Source of the DNA: Lama glama
Lineage: Eukaryota
Length of the DNA: 64,000 nt
Direction: 5' to 3'
Assembly: GCA_028534125.1 (NCBI GenBank)
Contig: CM052816.1
Coordinates: 10,232,001 to 10,296,000, forward strand
Every line of letters starts with the position of its first letter. Positions within the stretch are counted from its first letter, which is position 1. Below the pieces are notes generated by a model. It had not been told where the DNA came from. It saw only the letters and a program-made list of their open reading frames with translations, and did not search any database. Both the position numbers and the translations under genes were made by a program. This document shows positions 37,761 through 51,800 of the stretch, in pieces.

Positions 37761-39709
37761 CCAGGAACACTGAGTGATTTCCAGCCCTTCTCTCAGTCTG
37801 AGTATCTGCCAGCACGATTGTCTTGGTCTCCCCTCTGACCCTAGATTAAATCTCAACTTGGGTCAAGGGGGCAGAGGGCTCACTGGTGCTGGAAAATGGG
37901 GTCATTTCCATAGTACCCGGATGAAAGTGCAGGCTGGGCCGTCACTCTTCAAACGTCAGGTCTGCCCCTGAAACTTTTGGGTGTGGAGCCAGTAGACTAA
38001 ACACCCGAATCTCCATGCCTCTCTTCTGTCCTAGGTCAACATTTCACATCTGTGTTTGTAAAATGTATATTTGTGTAGGTAGTTTGGCCCCATACTGGGT
38101 ACCACGGGGATCCTGCCATCTCTGGAAGAGTATTGTTGTATTTTTGAAAACTGGGGAGCGTATTAAGCGTGCACATTACACTCGCACGAGCTACAAGTTC
38201 CCTGCTGCTCTTCCATGTGCCAAAGCCAATTTCTTCTGTATGTATGTTTTTGAGAAACTCATGTCATATTGAGCTGACTTAAGATGTGGCACTGAAATCC
38301 AGCTTGCCCTCATTTATTTGTTTATTTCATAGAACATGGAGACCATAGTTCAGAAAATTTAGGGCCTGGGCAGGGTTGGAGTATTAAGAGTTCAAACGGT
38401 CGCTTTTGAGTTGGGGAACAGTAGTAATTAGATACCTCACCCTTGTCTAGATAATGACTGCAAAATCTATCTGCATATATTATACTAATATATTATGAAT
38501 ACTACTGCTAATAATATTATGAATGATAACCTGAAATGGAAATGTTTGCCTCAGAGCAATTACAGTTAAAGCTTCCCTTTAGATGTTTTTCCATTAAAAT
38601 GCAATGAGCCAATCAAAGGACAGCACATCTCTGCACTGTTTGATTTTTGGAAGTTTTTTTTTTTAAACAAAGCTTTCTTTAACTATTGATGACAACAGGA
38701 AAAGGACTGAAATTAGTACTGTTTAAAGGTGCGTGGGGGAACTTGGTCAGTGTGCCCTAGAGTCACTGATTTAGTTCGTGATTTTCACATCATCCTTAGA
38801 GTATGGGATTCCTCTAGGCCCTGCTCAAATACCCTTTTAGGGAATACTGCTGATATTTTGGAAAGGATTTCCAAACTGAAGAATGGCCTTAGGGAAAGGT
38901 TATTGGTTCTCTTTAGGTCTGACATTGATAAGTATTGAAATGTTCCCTTCCTGACTCTCAGGGGTGGGAGAAGAGATGGAAAAGGTCGGTAACAATTGCT
39001 GTGAGTCAGTGCTATTCCCTTTGCTGGAACACCCCTGATGTAAGCCAGATAATATGCCTGCTTTGCAAGATTTAAGAATGGTAACTAGAGAAAGGGAAAA
39101 TGTTCCTCCTTTAAACCCAACAATTCTCTCGTTTTCCTTCCTTTTGCAAACCCTATACTTTGGGCTCCTAATTGAAAAATAATAATATAACGTAAGCATC
39201 AGCAGGATTTCTGGTGCTACATGGTTATTTCTAAGTTCGGGCTTGCTGTTGGCTTCATTCAGGCCATGTTATTTTCTCTAATTTGGTTGACTCATGCTGT
39301 TAGAAGAGACAGCTGAGGTTATCAACTTCTGAACTTGATTATCCTTGAGAATAAGGATGTGTGTTCAGATTTATCTTTGTGGCTGAAATGCCTAGTGTGT
39401 TGGAGGTGCTGGATGAAAGTTTGATACATTAAACCTCCTTAATGAAGCCATCTCTTTTGCTACATAGATGCAAAATCATCATTTGGCCTCTGTTTAAACA
39501 TTGCCACTTTCAGGGAGCTCACTACTTCAGGAAGCAATTTTGGATGACTTTCCGTTAAAAAAAAATTAAATAAAGCCCAAATCTGTTTGCCTATAATTTC
39601 TATAAACTGTTCTTAGTTCTGACCACTGGAAATATATGAATAACTATGTTTCCTTACTCTGAGTTATTTTAATGAGTTTCAGCACGTGGGCTTGTGAATT
39701 TGTCAGAAA

Positions 39710-40070
39710 AGGTGAGGTAATGCCACAGTAACAAACAGTCCCCAAATCTCAATGGCTTAATCAAACAATAACAGTTAATTTTTTGCTCCTGCTTCTTGTC
39801 CATCATGGATCTGCAGGGCAGCTCTGCTCATCATTTTCCCTCAGAGACTTAGATTGATGGAGATTCCATGTCCTCACATCCATGGTGGGAACAGCATGTG
39901 GCGAATTGCACACAGACTCCTAAACTCCCACACTAGTCATGAGTATGATTTATGCTCATATTTCATGGGCCAGAGCCAATCATTAGTCCATGTCCAACTT
40001 TAGAAAAATTGAGAGAGTGCAGTCTTACTGTGATCGTGTAAGACAGTGGTTAGAAATATTTGAGAAATAG
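39710..40070. mobile_element. Old MLT1-type MaLR LTR remnant
   Basis: CAGTAACAAACAGTCCCCAAATCTCAATGGCTTAA...GCTCATATTTCATGGGCCAGAGC motifs. Confidence 0.65.
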
Positions 40071-42989
40071 CTTTAATATCTCTCCCAGATCTGGGGATGG
40101 ATTACTGGGATGAAAACTGGCTCAACTCTTACAGATTATAGACCATAAATGTGTAACTGATTCTCTGCACCTCAGTTTTCTCTTTTGCAAAATGCAGATA
40201 ACAGTGACTACTTTGCACAGGGTACTCAATACATGTTAGTTATTATTACTCTTTGATTTTTACTGCCCTTCATATGTTTCAGGGCAATTATCACATTCTC
40301 CCTAAAATTCTCTTTTTTAGCCTTATTCCTAGCTTCTTCAGCTCTGCCTTGTATGAGCCTTTAGCCATTTGGGTTTCCTTTTCAGGTTATACTATATTTT
40401 GTAAATATCCTTCTGAAAATGTGGTGCCCAGAACTGAAAACAGTGTTAGAGATGAGATATAGCTGTGGCAAAGCGCATTAGGCTAGTTACTTTCTGTGAT
40501 TTTTATACAACTATGCTTCTGTAGTAAAGATTACAGATAATAATTCAGCAATCCATGTCCTGCTATTGTCTCCATAGTAAACTTCATGTCATTCAAGCCT
40601 TTAGAAACTTTCCCACATAAGTCAGGATATCTACATACTATGCTGGTACCATTGAACTTAAAACAAAACCAAAAGGAAAAAAAAATACTTTAACTGTAAG
40701 ATTCTATTTTTTGTCCTTCTATAATATTCCTTACCATCTTAGCTCATCTTTCTATTATCATGATAATGTTGAAGCTTAATTCTGTGATACAATGTCCCTT
40801 ACTCCAGCTTTGGACTGTCTGCAGATTTGATAATAATTATCTCTTTTTGAGCACTTTCCTTGTTCCTGACATAAACATATATATATATTTTTTTTCCTTT
40901 TTTTCTCTCACAGAAAATGATTTTAAGGAAATTGAAACCCAGGGAATCTAAGTGTTTAGCCCCAAATCACATGGATAGTAAGTGGGGAGGCAGAATTCAA
41001 ACTGATTTTTGTGATTCCAGAGGCCATCCTTTTTCTAAACCGGGAGGTTGCTTCGTTATTTTAATTCAGTGAGCCTGACCATTGTCTGTTCCTGACATAT
41101 TACTATAATGTAGAGCAAGGACAGATCTTCCCTCCACACCTAAGAGAACTTCCTCCTCTCCCTGCCAGCCCTTTATTCAGGATGCTTGGTGATCAGTTTT
41201 GCTCAGTCTTTAAGAACAGTTGCTACAAAATCCTTATTCTTCCAATTTGATTCCAAAGCTATCAAAAGAGTTGTTTTAAATATAATGATACAATTAAAAT
41301 ATGCTTTGTCTCTAGCATACCTAGTTATTAATTCCCACCTTAAGAAAATGAATTTAGTTAATAAGCGAATAAATTGTGAAGGGGTTAAATAACAAAAGTG
41401 TTGGCACAATAAAAATGTAAAAAAAAGTCACTGAATTATCTTCCAAATGCCAAGTGCCAAGTTTGAGGTGTCACTGGGTGTGGTTGAGGTATCTATTGTG
41501 GTTCTGGACCTATTTGTAAACACCTTGTTAAATGACGTATTTACTTCTTTTTTTCTCATGATAGGCACTCATATTGCCAAAGTTCTCCACACAACTTTTT
41601 GTTTATAATGTTTTGACAGTCAGTACATAAAAAAGCAATTGTAAGTGAAAAGTAAATATTTTTTCACCATTTGTGGAGCTGGTTTCCATGCATGCAGAAT
41701 TTTTCCAGCAGAGAGGAAATTACTAAAGGGAAGAGAATTATGATATGTGGTCTGCCAACAGCAAATAATTCTGCAAAGACTCTATCATCCAGTGAAAACA
41801 AAGTAATGACATCATGATTACATGGGTCCATTGATAACTGCCTTTCGGGAGCTGGAGATCATCTCTAGTTCCCTGTTTCTCACATGGGCCACTTCTGTGC
41901 AAGATGTTTCTGTGTGAAATCAGCAGGGCTTCTGGGTCTCGGAGGAGAGAATTTGAAACAGATGAGATGTGGCTCTTACCTTTTTACCGTTTGCCATTAG
42001 TCTTTTTTTTTTTTTTGTCCTAGGCGATGATTTTCAAAACGATTCAGAGAAATCAAAGTTTTTCTCCTTACCCTAGACAAGAGAAGACAGCTGGCGTTAG
42101 ATTCTAGGCTTGTAAAAGCCTCTCTAGTCATCAGAATCCAAACCCCACAGTGTCAGTGAATTTTATAAGGCTGCTCTGACAAACTAAAGTGTGCACTCAG
42201 GCTAGGAGAAAACAACTCTTACTTACCTGGCCCTTGGGCCACACTTGAATCTGGGAGTATATTTACTTAGCCAAACTTGGAAGTGTTTGAAACCATTCAG
42301 AACTTTAGTTTGACAGGAGGCATTTGAGGAACATAAAAAAAAAAAAATGTGCCTTCTAAGTAATGCTGTGATTGGCAGAGTTCCCTCCAAGTAATGGTCC
42401 CTGGAGACAGGGTTTTTGCTGACAGCTCTTGTAAGTAATGTTTTAGAAGGCTGGAGGACGGTCTGTGATGCTTTTCTGAGTGATTTCTGTAGCTGATTCT
42501 CTGTATGATTAGGGTCCACTGGGCATTATCCCTACAAATAATGTTCCTGTGAGACAGTGGATAACGCTCCCTAGGAAGAGGAGATCTGGCCGAGGAGAAT
42601 GCAATCCGTAACTGGAAGTTCAGCCCTCCTTTTGCAAGAGGAGGTCGAAGGTCCATTTGGGTGGGGAAGCACTTTTTAAAAATTAAACTTTTAGGGAAAT
42701 GTAACGTTAAAATGTATCTGCACTCTTTACATGGACTCACATAGCACTCAAAACACTGTTCTACTCTGTCAAAACACAGAGATGAGGCAGCAAAAAAGAC
42801 AAGTGGATAAAGCATTAGCTTCCTTTAACCAGCTAGATCTAAATTGTAGGCAAGTTATCTCTTTTCTGAGTTTTAGTTTCCTCTTTTCTAAAATGAAGGG
42901 GCTGGACCAGATGGTCACTGCTGTGGTGGTCTGTAAGCTTTTCTGATGGTACACCTTCATGCAAAAATTTTTTGAGCATGCTCCCTTTC

Positions 42990-43150
42990 TATATATGTGT
43001 ATATATACATATATGTACACAGCACATGTATAATTACATATATGTATTTTTTACATAATATGTGCGTATATATACATACATCTGTGTGTATATATATGTA
43101 TATACATACATATGTATACACATGCACATATATAAAAATTACATATATAA
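42990..43150. repeat. Degenerate (TA/CA/TG)n low-complexity tract
   Basis: TATATGTGTATATATACATATATGTAC...-type alternation. Confidence 0.85.
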
Positions 43151-44231
43151 ATGATGTAATATCCTATGACATTATAAAATACAAAGAAAAAGTACAAATT
43201 AGAAAAGAAGCAATATCATCATGAATACAAATATAAATCCTACCTTTTTTTTTTCTTGTATCCTGGTGGCACATCCCGCCAACCTAGTTGGTGAGTGCTT
43301 GTATTTCTAGGATCTTTGGAACAAAGCCACACCAGTCAGTGGTTCTAATATTATAGCCACTAATGAGTTCATTGTCAGTCTGAGTTCCTCATGGACATAC
43401 CCACCTTTATGGACTGGTGTCTAAGAGAAAAGTTCAGAACTGTTCAAGGCTTGTGAGGAGGCTGCAGACTGGATGCTAGTTAGTGCTCAGTGTTTTCCTT
43501 CCAGATGTATATGTGGGTTTGGGCCAGTGAAGTGTGGACAACAATGGTCCCCATAAAGATAATGAGGAGTCCCCAAATCTCCCTTCATGCACTAATTTTC
43601 TCTTTTCCCTTTTATTCAAAAATATTTACTAAGCACCAACTATGTAGGCACACAAAGACTCATATTGAAGGAACAAAGGTGAACCCAATAGATAAGCATT
43701 AGGGAAACATAAACTGCCTTTCTTTGTAATTTTTCAGAGAAAATGGCCATTAACACAACAGTGTATTTTTTTACTCCAAAATAGAAGTGGGAATATTCAG
43801 TATTCTCTGTTTTTAAACTGTTTTTTCCCCACCACTTTTAAAAACATTTAATAAACTGTATTTCTGAGAGCAGTTTTAGGTTCGTAGCATAACTGAGTGG
43901 AAAGTACAGAGATTTCCCACGTATTTCCCACCTCCACGCTTGCATAGCCTCCTCCATTATCAGCATCCTCCACCGGAGTGGTGCTTTGTCACAGTTGGTG
44001 AACCTGCGTTGGCACATTGTTACCCAAAGTCCAGAGTTTACACTAGGGTTCAGTCTTGGTGTTATACATGCTGTGGACTTTGACAAATGTATGATGACAC
44101 GTATCCACCATTATAGTATCATACAGAGAGTATTTTCACTGCCCTGAAAATCCTTTGTGCTTTGCGTATTCATCCCTCCCTTTCTTCTGACACCCGGCAT
44201 CTACACATCTTAGTACTGCTCTACAGTTTTG

Positions 44232-44322
44232 CCTTTTCCAGGAATCGTATAATATCTAACCTTTTCCAGGAATCGTATAATATCTAACCTTTTCCAGGAA
44301 TCATGTAATATCTAACCTTTTC
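44232..44322. repeat. 28 bp tandem repeat x3.2 (CCTTTTCCAGGAATCGTATAATATCTAA)
   Basis: Units start at 44232, 44260 and 44288 (third has 2 substitutions), partial at 44316. Confidence 0.95.
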
Positions 44323-47300
44323 AGAGGGCCTTCTTTTACTCAGTAATATGCATTTGGTGAACCAAATACATCTTTTCATAGTTTAATAACTCATTTCTTT
44401 TTAGCACTGAATATTCCAGCGTCTAGATTGACTACAGTTTTTTTGTCCATTCACTTACTAAAGGACATTTTGATTGCGTCCAAGTTTTGGCAATTACGAC
44501 TAAAGCTGTTGTAAACATTCATTTACAGCTTTTTTTTTTGTGGCCATAAATTTGCAGTTTGTTTGGATAAGTTGAGTGTGATTGCTGGATCGTATGTTAA
44601 GGGTATGTTTGGTTTTGTAAGAAATCTCCATACTGTCTTCCAAAGTGGCTGTAACATTTTGCATTCCCAGCCTCAGTGAGTGAGTTTCTGTTGCTCTACA
44701 TCCTCACCAGCATTTGGTGTTGTCATTGTTTCAGATTTTGGCCGTTCTAATAGTGTGTAGTGGTATCTCATTGTTGCTTTAATTTGCAATTCCCTAATGA
44801 CATACAGTGTTGTACATGTTTTCATATGCTTACTTGTCATCTGTATGTCTCCTTGTGAGGTGTCTGTTCAGGTCTTTTGCCCATTTTTAGGTTGGGTTGT
44901 TCATTTTTTTATTGTTTGTTGTTTTAAGAATTCTTCCTTTGTATCTTTTGGATAACAATCCTTTATCACATGTGTCTCTTGCAAGTATTTTCTCCCAGTC
45001 TGTGCCTTGTCCTTTGATTCTCTTGACTTTTTTTTTTTTTTTTGTGGAGAAGTCTTTAATTTTAATCAAGTCCAGCTTACCCATTATTTCTGTCATGAAT
45101 TGTACCTTTGATGTTGTACCCAACAAGTCATTGCCATACCCAAGGTCATCTAGGTTTTCTTCTATCTTATCTTCTAAGGGTATATAGTTTTGCATTTTAC
45201 ATTTAAGTTTGTGATCCATTTTGAGTTAAATTTTGTGACAGATGTAAGATCTGGATTCATTTTGTTGCATGTGGATATCTGGTTGTTCCAGCACCATTTG
45301 TTCAAAAAAACTGTCTTTGCTCCATTGTATTGCCTTTGCTCCTTTGTTGAAGATCAGCTGACTATATTTATATGGGTCTATTTCTAGGCTCTCTGTTCTG
45401 ATCCATTAATCTATTTGTTTATCCATTTACCAAAACCATACTGTCTTGATAACGGAAGCTTTGTATTAAATCTTGAACCTGGATCGTGTTCGTTCCTTAG
45501 AGTTTCTCACCATTAGGTCTTCAGATTGTCCATTGCTTCTTGTGTGAGTTTTAACAGATTGTGTCTTTCAAAGAATTAGTCCATTTCATTTGGGTTATCA
45601 AATTTATGGGAATAGAGTTTTTTGTAATATTCCTTTATTATCCTTTTAATGTACATGGGATCTCTAGTGATGTCCCTTCTCTTATTTCTGATATAAATAA
45701 TTCATGTCTTCTCTTTTTTTCTTAGTTGTCCTGCCTAGATGCTTATCAATTTTACTGATCTTTTTGAAAAACCAGCTTTTGGTTTAATTTTCTTTATTGC
45801 TTTTTTCTTTTTAATTTAATTGATTTAGGTTCTAATTTTTATTTTATCTTTTCTTTCACTTACTTTGGATCTAGTTTGTCTTCCTTTTCTAGTTTCCTAA
45901 GGTGGAAGCTTAGACTGTTGATTTTAGATCTTTCTTCTTTTCTAATATATACATTCAATGTTATAAGTTTTCCTCTGAACATTCCTTTAATTGCATCCCA
46001 CAGATTTTGATATGTTGTCTTTTCACTTTTATTTAGATCAAAATATTTTAAAATTTCTTTGGAGATTTCTTTTTTGACCCATGTGTTATTTAGAAGGATG
46101 TTGTTTAACCTCCAAGTGTTCTGGAGATTTTCCAGCTATCTTCCTCTTTTTGATTTCTAGTTTAATTCTTTTTGTGGTCTGAGAACAGATATTAATGTGA
46201 TTTCTTTTCTTTTAAATTTGTTAAAGCATGTTTTGTAGCCAAGAATATGATCTATCTTGGTGAATGTTCTATGTGAGCTTGAGAAGAATGTATAGTCTTC
46301 TGTTGTTGGATGAAACAGTCTGTAGATACCAGTTATGTCTACTTTATTGATAGTGCTGTTGAATTTAACGATGTCATTATTTTCTGCCTGCTGGATTTGT
46401 CCATTTTTGATAGAAGGATATTAAAATCTCCGAGTATAATAGAGGATTTATCTGTTTCTCTAATTCTATCACGTTTTGCCTAAAATATTCTATTTTTAGG
46501 CACATACACATTAAGAATTATTGTGCCTTCCTGGAGAATTGACCCTTTTATCACTATGTAATGCCCTTCTTAATTACTGATAACTTTTCTACTTTGAAGT
46601 CTGCTCTATCTGAAATTAATACAGCTACTCCTGCTTTCTTTTAATTGGTGTTAACATGGTATGTTTTTCTCCATCCACTTTTAGTTTATATGTACCCTTA
46701 TATCTAAAGTTGGTTTCTTGTAGACAGCATATAGCTGGGTTATGTTTTTTTTTATCAACTCTGACAGTCTTTGTCTTTTAATTGGTACATTTATTTAGAC
46801 CATTGATATTCAAAGTGATTATTGATATATTGGGTTAATATTTACTCAATTTGTTAATGTTTTCTACTTGTTGTTCTTGTTCTTTGTTCTTATTTTTGTC
46901 TTCCTTTCTTTTCCTGCCTTTTTTGATTTTATATGATTCCATTTTCTCTCCTTTCTTAGCATATCAACTGTACTTCTTTTGTACTTTTTTATTGTTTGCC
47001 CTAGATTTTGTGATATGCATTTACAACTAATCCAAGTCTGCTTTTCGAATAACACTGTACTGCTTCATAAGTAGTGCAAGTCCCATATAATAACAAAATA
47101 GTCCCAATTCCTCCCTCCTGTCCCTTGTATCATTGTTATTATTCACTTCACTTATGTATAAGCCTAAATAAGTAAAGAAATAATTGACTGCATTTTTCCT
47201 ATTATTATTTTGAACAAACTGTGAGCATATTAGATCAATTAAAAATAAGACAATTAAGTTTATTTTATCTTCACTTGATCCTTATCTAGTGTTCTTCCCT

Positions 47301-47769
47301 TCTTTATGTAGATCCGAATTTCTGACATATATCATTTTCCTTCTCTCTGAAGAACTTTTAACATTTCTCGGAAGGCAGATCTGCTGCCAACAAATTCCCT
47401 CGATTTTCCTTTGTCTGAGGAAGTTTTTATTTCTCCTTCACTTTTGAAGGATATTTCACAAGGTCAGAGTTGTAGGCTGTTTTGTTTTTTTCCCCTCTCA
47501 ACACTTTAAATATTGTACTCCATTCTCTTCTTGCTTCCTTTGTTTCTGAGAAGTCTGATGTAACTCTTACCTTTGTACCTCTATAGGTAAGGTGTTTCTC
47601 CTCTCTTCAGCTTCTTTCAAGATTTTTTTCCTTTATCTCAACTTTGAATATGATATGCTTAGCTGTAGGGGTTTTGTTGTTGTTTGTTTTTGGCTTAGCA
47701 TTCTGTGAGCTTCCTGGATTTGTGGTTTGATGTCTAACCTTAATTTGGGGGAAATTCTCAGTCATTCTT

Positions 47770-47999
47770 TTTTTTAAAAATTGAGGTATAGGCAGCTTAC
47801 AATGCTGTGTCAGTTTCTTGTATACAGCATAATAGTTCAGTCATATATATATATACACAAGTATATTCATTTTCTTATTCTTTTTCATTATAGGTTATTA
47901 CAAGATACTGAGTAGAGTTCCCTGTGCTATGCAGTAGAAACTTGTTTATCTGTTTTACATGAAGAAAATAGTATCGGCAAATCTCGAACTCACAATTTA
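47770..47999 (-). mobile_element. Younger L1 3' stub nested in the old L1
   Basis: T-run followed by AAAAATTGAGGTATAGG...AAATCTCGAACTCACAATTTAT; imperfect TSD TCAGTC(A/G)TT(C/A)TT at 47758-47769 and 48000-48011. Confidence 0.85.
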
Positions 48000-50900
48000 T
48001 CAGTCGTTATTTCTTTAAATATTGCTTCTGTTTCTTTTCCTCCTGATAGTCCCATGTGTGCACATTACACTTTTTGTAGTTGTCCCAAAGTTCTTGGATA
48101 TTCTGTTTTTTTTCCAGTCTTTTTTTCTCTTTTCTCACTTTTGGAAGTTTCTTTTATTGTAAATGCAAATTCAGAGCTGCTTTCCTCGGTTGCATCTAGT
48201 CTGCTAAGGAGCCCATCAAAGGCATTCTTCATTTCTGTTACAATGTTTTTGATCTCTAGCATTTTTCTGATTTATTTGTTAGGATTTCCGTCTCTCTGCT
48301 TACATTGTCTATCTGTTCTTGCATGTTTCTGCTTTTTCCATTGAAACCCTTAACGTATTAATCATAGTTTTTCTAAACCCCTGGTCTGATAATTCCAACA
48401 TTCCTGCTGTATCTGACTCTGTTTCTGATGCTCATTCAAATCTCTTCACACTGTGGTTTTTTTTTTTTACCTTTCAGTATGCCTTGTTATTTTTTGTTGA
48501 AAGCTAGACACAATGTACTGAGCAAAAGGAGCTCCAGTAAACAGACCTTTATTAACTTGGGGGTAAGATGTGGACAGAGGGGAAGCATTCTGTAGTGCTA
48601 TGATTAGGTCCCAGTCTTCGGGTAAATCTGTGCCTCTAAACTGTGAACTTCACCAACATCTCAGTCCTTCCTTGACACTCACTAGGATGTTTGGAGGGGG
48701 CTGGAGTTGTGTATTTTCCTTCTAGAGGTGGCTAGTGCAGGGTATTGCCTCCTCTCCACCCCCCCATGTAGGTTAGGCTCTGATGAAACCCCAGCAGGTT
48801 GGGCTCTGGTAAAATGGTTTCTTCTGAAGGCTGGCCTCTTTAAGAAGAACAGAGGCCCTGATGTGTTTCACAGTGGTTCCTCTTCCCCTCTCGCTGCCAG
48901 AAGCAGCAGAGGATTTTTCCCTGATGTTCCCTGTGAGGACCAGGTAGGGCTCTTGGAGCTAAAAGGTGCAGAACTATGAGGGCCCTCTGATAACTGGGTA
49001 AGTGAGCTCCCCTGGGGCGTTTACCTCTCATCGTCCACGCTGCGCCTCCAGCTACTGTCAGTCCCAGTTCAGGCTTTCCTGCCCCAGCACTGGTTCCTGT
49101 GGGAACAAACGTTTGCTTCCGATTTTCTGTTCAGGTTGGTTGTGATTCTTCTCTGTATTCACTTGTCTGTTTCTCCACTTTGGGGGGTAGTGGTTTTCCC
49201 TGTGTCCTCTCCGTTCTCCTGGGTCTCAGAGTTGTTGGTTTGCTCAGCTTTTTACTTGTGGTTAGGATGGCGTGGAGACTTCTTAGCTCCTTACGTGATG
49301 GACCAGGAACCCTAAACTATTCTATTAAACTTAAATTACTATGGCATCTTTAGAGCACCAACAGTTTTCCAAAATATAATTTACAATAGCTGTCTAGTAC
49401 TCTGTTGTGAGACACCACCCATTTAATAATGTACTCCCTTTAATTGGGCATTTATTTTACTTTTACTTCCTCTTCTTCTGCTGTTGTAAATAAGGAAGGG
49501 GTAGACCTCCTTCTAGCCAAATCTTTTTGTGTATTCATTTCGTTACCATTTCTCAGTGGAAAATTCCCAGCAATGGCCACCTGTGATTGGTCATTTTCAA
49601 ACTGCAGGAACACTGAGCGTGGGATGGTTGTTTCCTACGTGAAGCTTCACAGGCAGGGCTCTACAGTGCGTAAAGCCAGGGAAGTGTTTTGTGTAAATTT
49701 TATAAGAAAGATGGGTACAGCCTGGACCATATTGCTCAACAGCAGATGAGATTAAGGGGCTGCAAGAGTCCAGTAAATGGGGACAAGAAAAAAGACATGG
49801 GAAGAAGAAGATTTTAAGCCTTAACTGAAGAGAAAAACATAGGAAGCAAGATAAATTTGTAAAAAGAAATCTGCTAAAAGAACAGATTTTTTTTTTCCTC
49901 TACCAAAGTAATTCCCACCATAATAATCTCTGGGAATTTTACTTTTCCTTGGGTTTAGGTGCACAAATACTAATTTCAAGATGTGTTCTAATGAAAAGAC
50001 CCATCTGTGGAGTACCACCTTATGCAAGGCACTGCTGTCTCTAATCCTCACAATAACTCTTCATAATAGGTATGAAATCTACAGAGTCTGGAAGAGAGAC
50101 TGAATCTCAGAGCAGGTACGTGACTTCCTATAATCAGGCAACTGAAAATGGACAGTCAGGATTTAAGCTCTAGGAGTAGGATGGTCTGATTGCTTTTTAT
50201 ATACTACTTTGCTGTTCTCCTTACATGCAGTGGCAGGTAAACTTTGGTACTGAGTGTCCAGAGCCTAGAACTGGCTTGGCTGAGAGGATTATCTAAAAGA
50301 AAAGGTCTTCTGGGAGGTGAAGGGATGAGGCTTCCAGAATTAAAATAGGAAAGCAGAGTTTGGTCAAGTCCAAAAGTGAACTCAGTGGCTAAAACAGAAA
50401 ATATTGGAAAATAGGAGGCCCTGGAAAGGGACAGGAAATAGAGCAAGGGAAGGAAAAAATAGAAAGGGACGCTGGTAGTTGTCATGAAATACCTCAAATG
50501 CTTGATAATTGTTAGTATTGGGTGCTGTGGCTTGCTAGTTGGTTGACCTGATTTAAAGGCATCTGCTAAGGGCAGATGGTTTTCAAAGGATGGTGACTGA
50601 AATGGAGCTCAGATCCAGGCCTGCAGGACCCTAGAGCCCACACACCACTGTTAAAGACAGTCTCTTTGGAGGGCAGAATCACTTGGTTTATTTCCAAGAA
50701 GCTAGACTATGTCCATAGAGAAAATATACAGTGCTTACATGGAATTGAAAGTGGGCAGGGGAGGGGCTGTTTTCCTTTGACTCCATCCTGTCACGTAGAA
50801 ATAAATAAAGCCAATGAAATGGAAAGTTGTGTGATAAATGGATACTGAGTGAGGCGGAAAAAAAATACAGTTGATGGATAATGGTATCTCACACAGTTGG

Positions 50901-51053
50901 TAAGAAGGGAAAACCTTCCCAGAGAGATAGGAAGCCAGTGAGATTACAGGTGAGGAGTGGGGAGTTTCAAGTGAAAGTGATTTGAAATGAAGGCGGTATC
51001 TGGCAATGCTTGCTTTTGGCTAAGAGTTTGCAAATAAAGGCTGAGGCATCCCT

Positions 51054-51271
51054 CAGTTGTCTACAGCAGGAGTCTGTAAAAGTCCAGATAGTAAATATCT
51101 TAGACTTTTCAGGCTATAAGGTATCTGTTCCAAGTACTAAACGCCATACAACCAAGCCATCCATAGTCCATATGTAAATGAATGGGTGTGGCTGTGTGCC
51201 AGTAAAACCTTATTTGCAAAATCGGGTGGTGCCCTGGATTTGATCCAAGAGCAAGAGTTTGCTGATCCCTG
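51054..51271. mobile_element. MER58A-like hAT-Charlie MITE
   Basis: CTGTAAAAGTCCAGATAGTAAATAT...ATGTAAATGAATGGGTGTGGCTGTGTGCCAG...GTTTGCTGATCCCTG. Confidence 0.82.
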
Positions 51272-51329
51272 ATCTTGAATACAAGAAAAGGGGCAGGTGT
51301 GTGTGTGCGCGCATGTGTGTTTGCATGTG

Positions 51330-51800
51330 TGATAGAATGGCAGAGTGAGTCATGGCCACTTGTCAATATGAAAAGATTTAGAATTTGATGTAGATATGGG
51401 AACTATGCAAGATAATCTAAAAGGCTCAGAAACTCCCCTCCCCTTTTCAGGAAGTCTGAGGTTGGAGGAGGATATTAAAAGTAAATTCATATATGGCAAT
51501 GAAGGGGTGAACAATGCAAGGTATTTTAGAGAATGAAATAAGAAGTGGAGGCAAGGCTTTGTCAAGAACAGAGACTGGGGAAAGGGGGAGGTTGCCGAGG
51601 GTAACCTGGATGTGACAATGGGAAAGAAAGAAAGAAAGGCAGTCCGAGCCATTAGGAAAGAGGAGGTCAAGCTTTGCTGGGGTGCTAAGATAAAGGAGAG
51701 GTGCCAAGACAGCAAAGAGCTTGGAGCTACAAAGAGGAGAGGGGACAGTGGACAAGACTTCTTGGCGATGTTACCAGAACATGACACTATTAAGTGAACA
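51330..51800 (-). mobile_element. Highly degenerate L2 internal fragment
   Basis: Purine-rich plus strand with L2 ORF2-like motifs; weak. Confidence 0.45.

Larger units (their letters stand above)
43836..49312 (-). mobile_element. Long old L1 (L1MC-like 3'UTR) with 5' region, ORF1 and ORF2 remnants and an internal deletion
   Basis: L1MC1-like 3'UTR from 43836. ORF2 C-terminal remnant LEDKIEENLDDLGYGNDLL...KLDLIKIKDF...WEKILA (44887-45219). ORF1 coiled-coil remnant EIKNIVTEMKNAFDGLLSRLDATEE (48065-48262). 5' boundary approximate. Confidence 0.88.

Noticed and set aside
37485..37838. Extension of the DPYSL3 ORF to 244 aa
   Set aside because: Read-through past a consensus donor into GC-rich intron; similarity to DPYSL3 stops at PKDK.
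36580..37856. Long antisense and alternative-frame ORFs (333, 286, 154 aa) over the CpG island
   Set aside because: Stop-codon-poor GC-rich shadow frames; R/P/G/A-biased with no recognisable domain.
44232..44322. 28 bp direct repeats as a CRISPR-like array
   Set aside because: Head-to-tail with no spacers, inside an L1, in a mammalian genome.
44887..48262. ORFs with L1 ORF1p/ORF2p similarity
   Set aside because: Short, interrupted relics of a dead L1, not genes.
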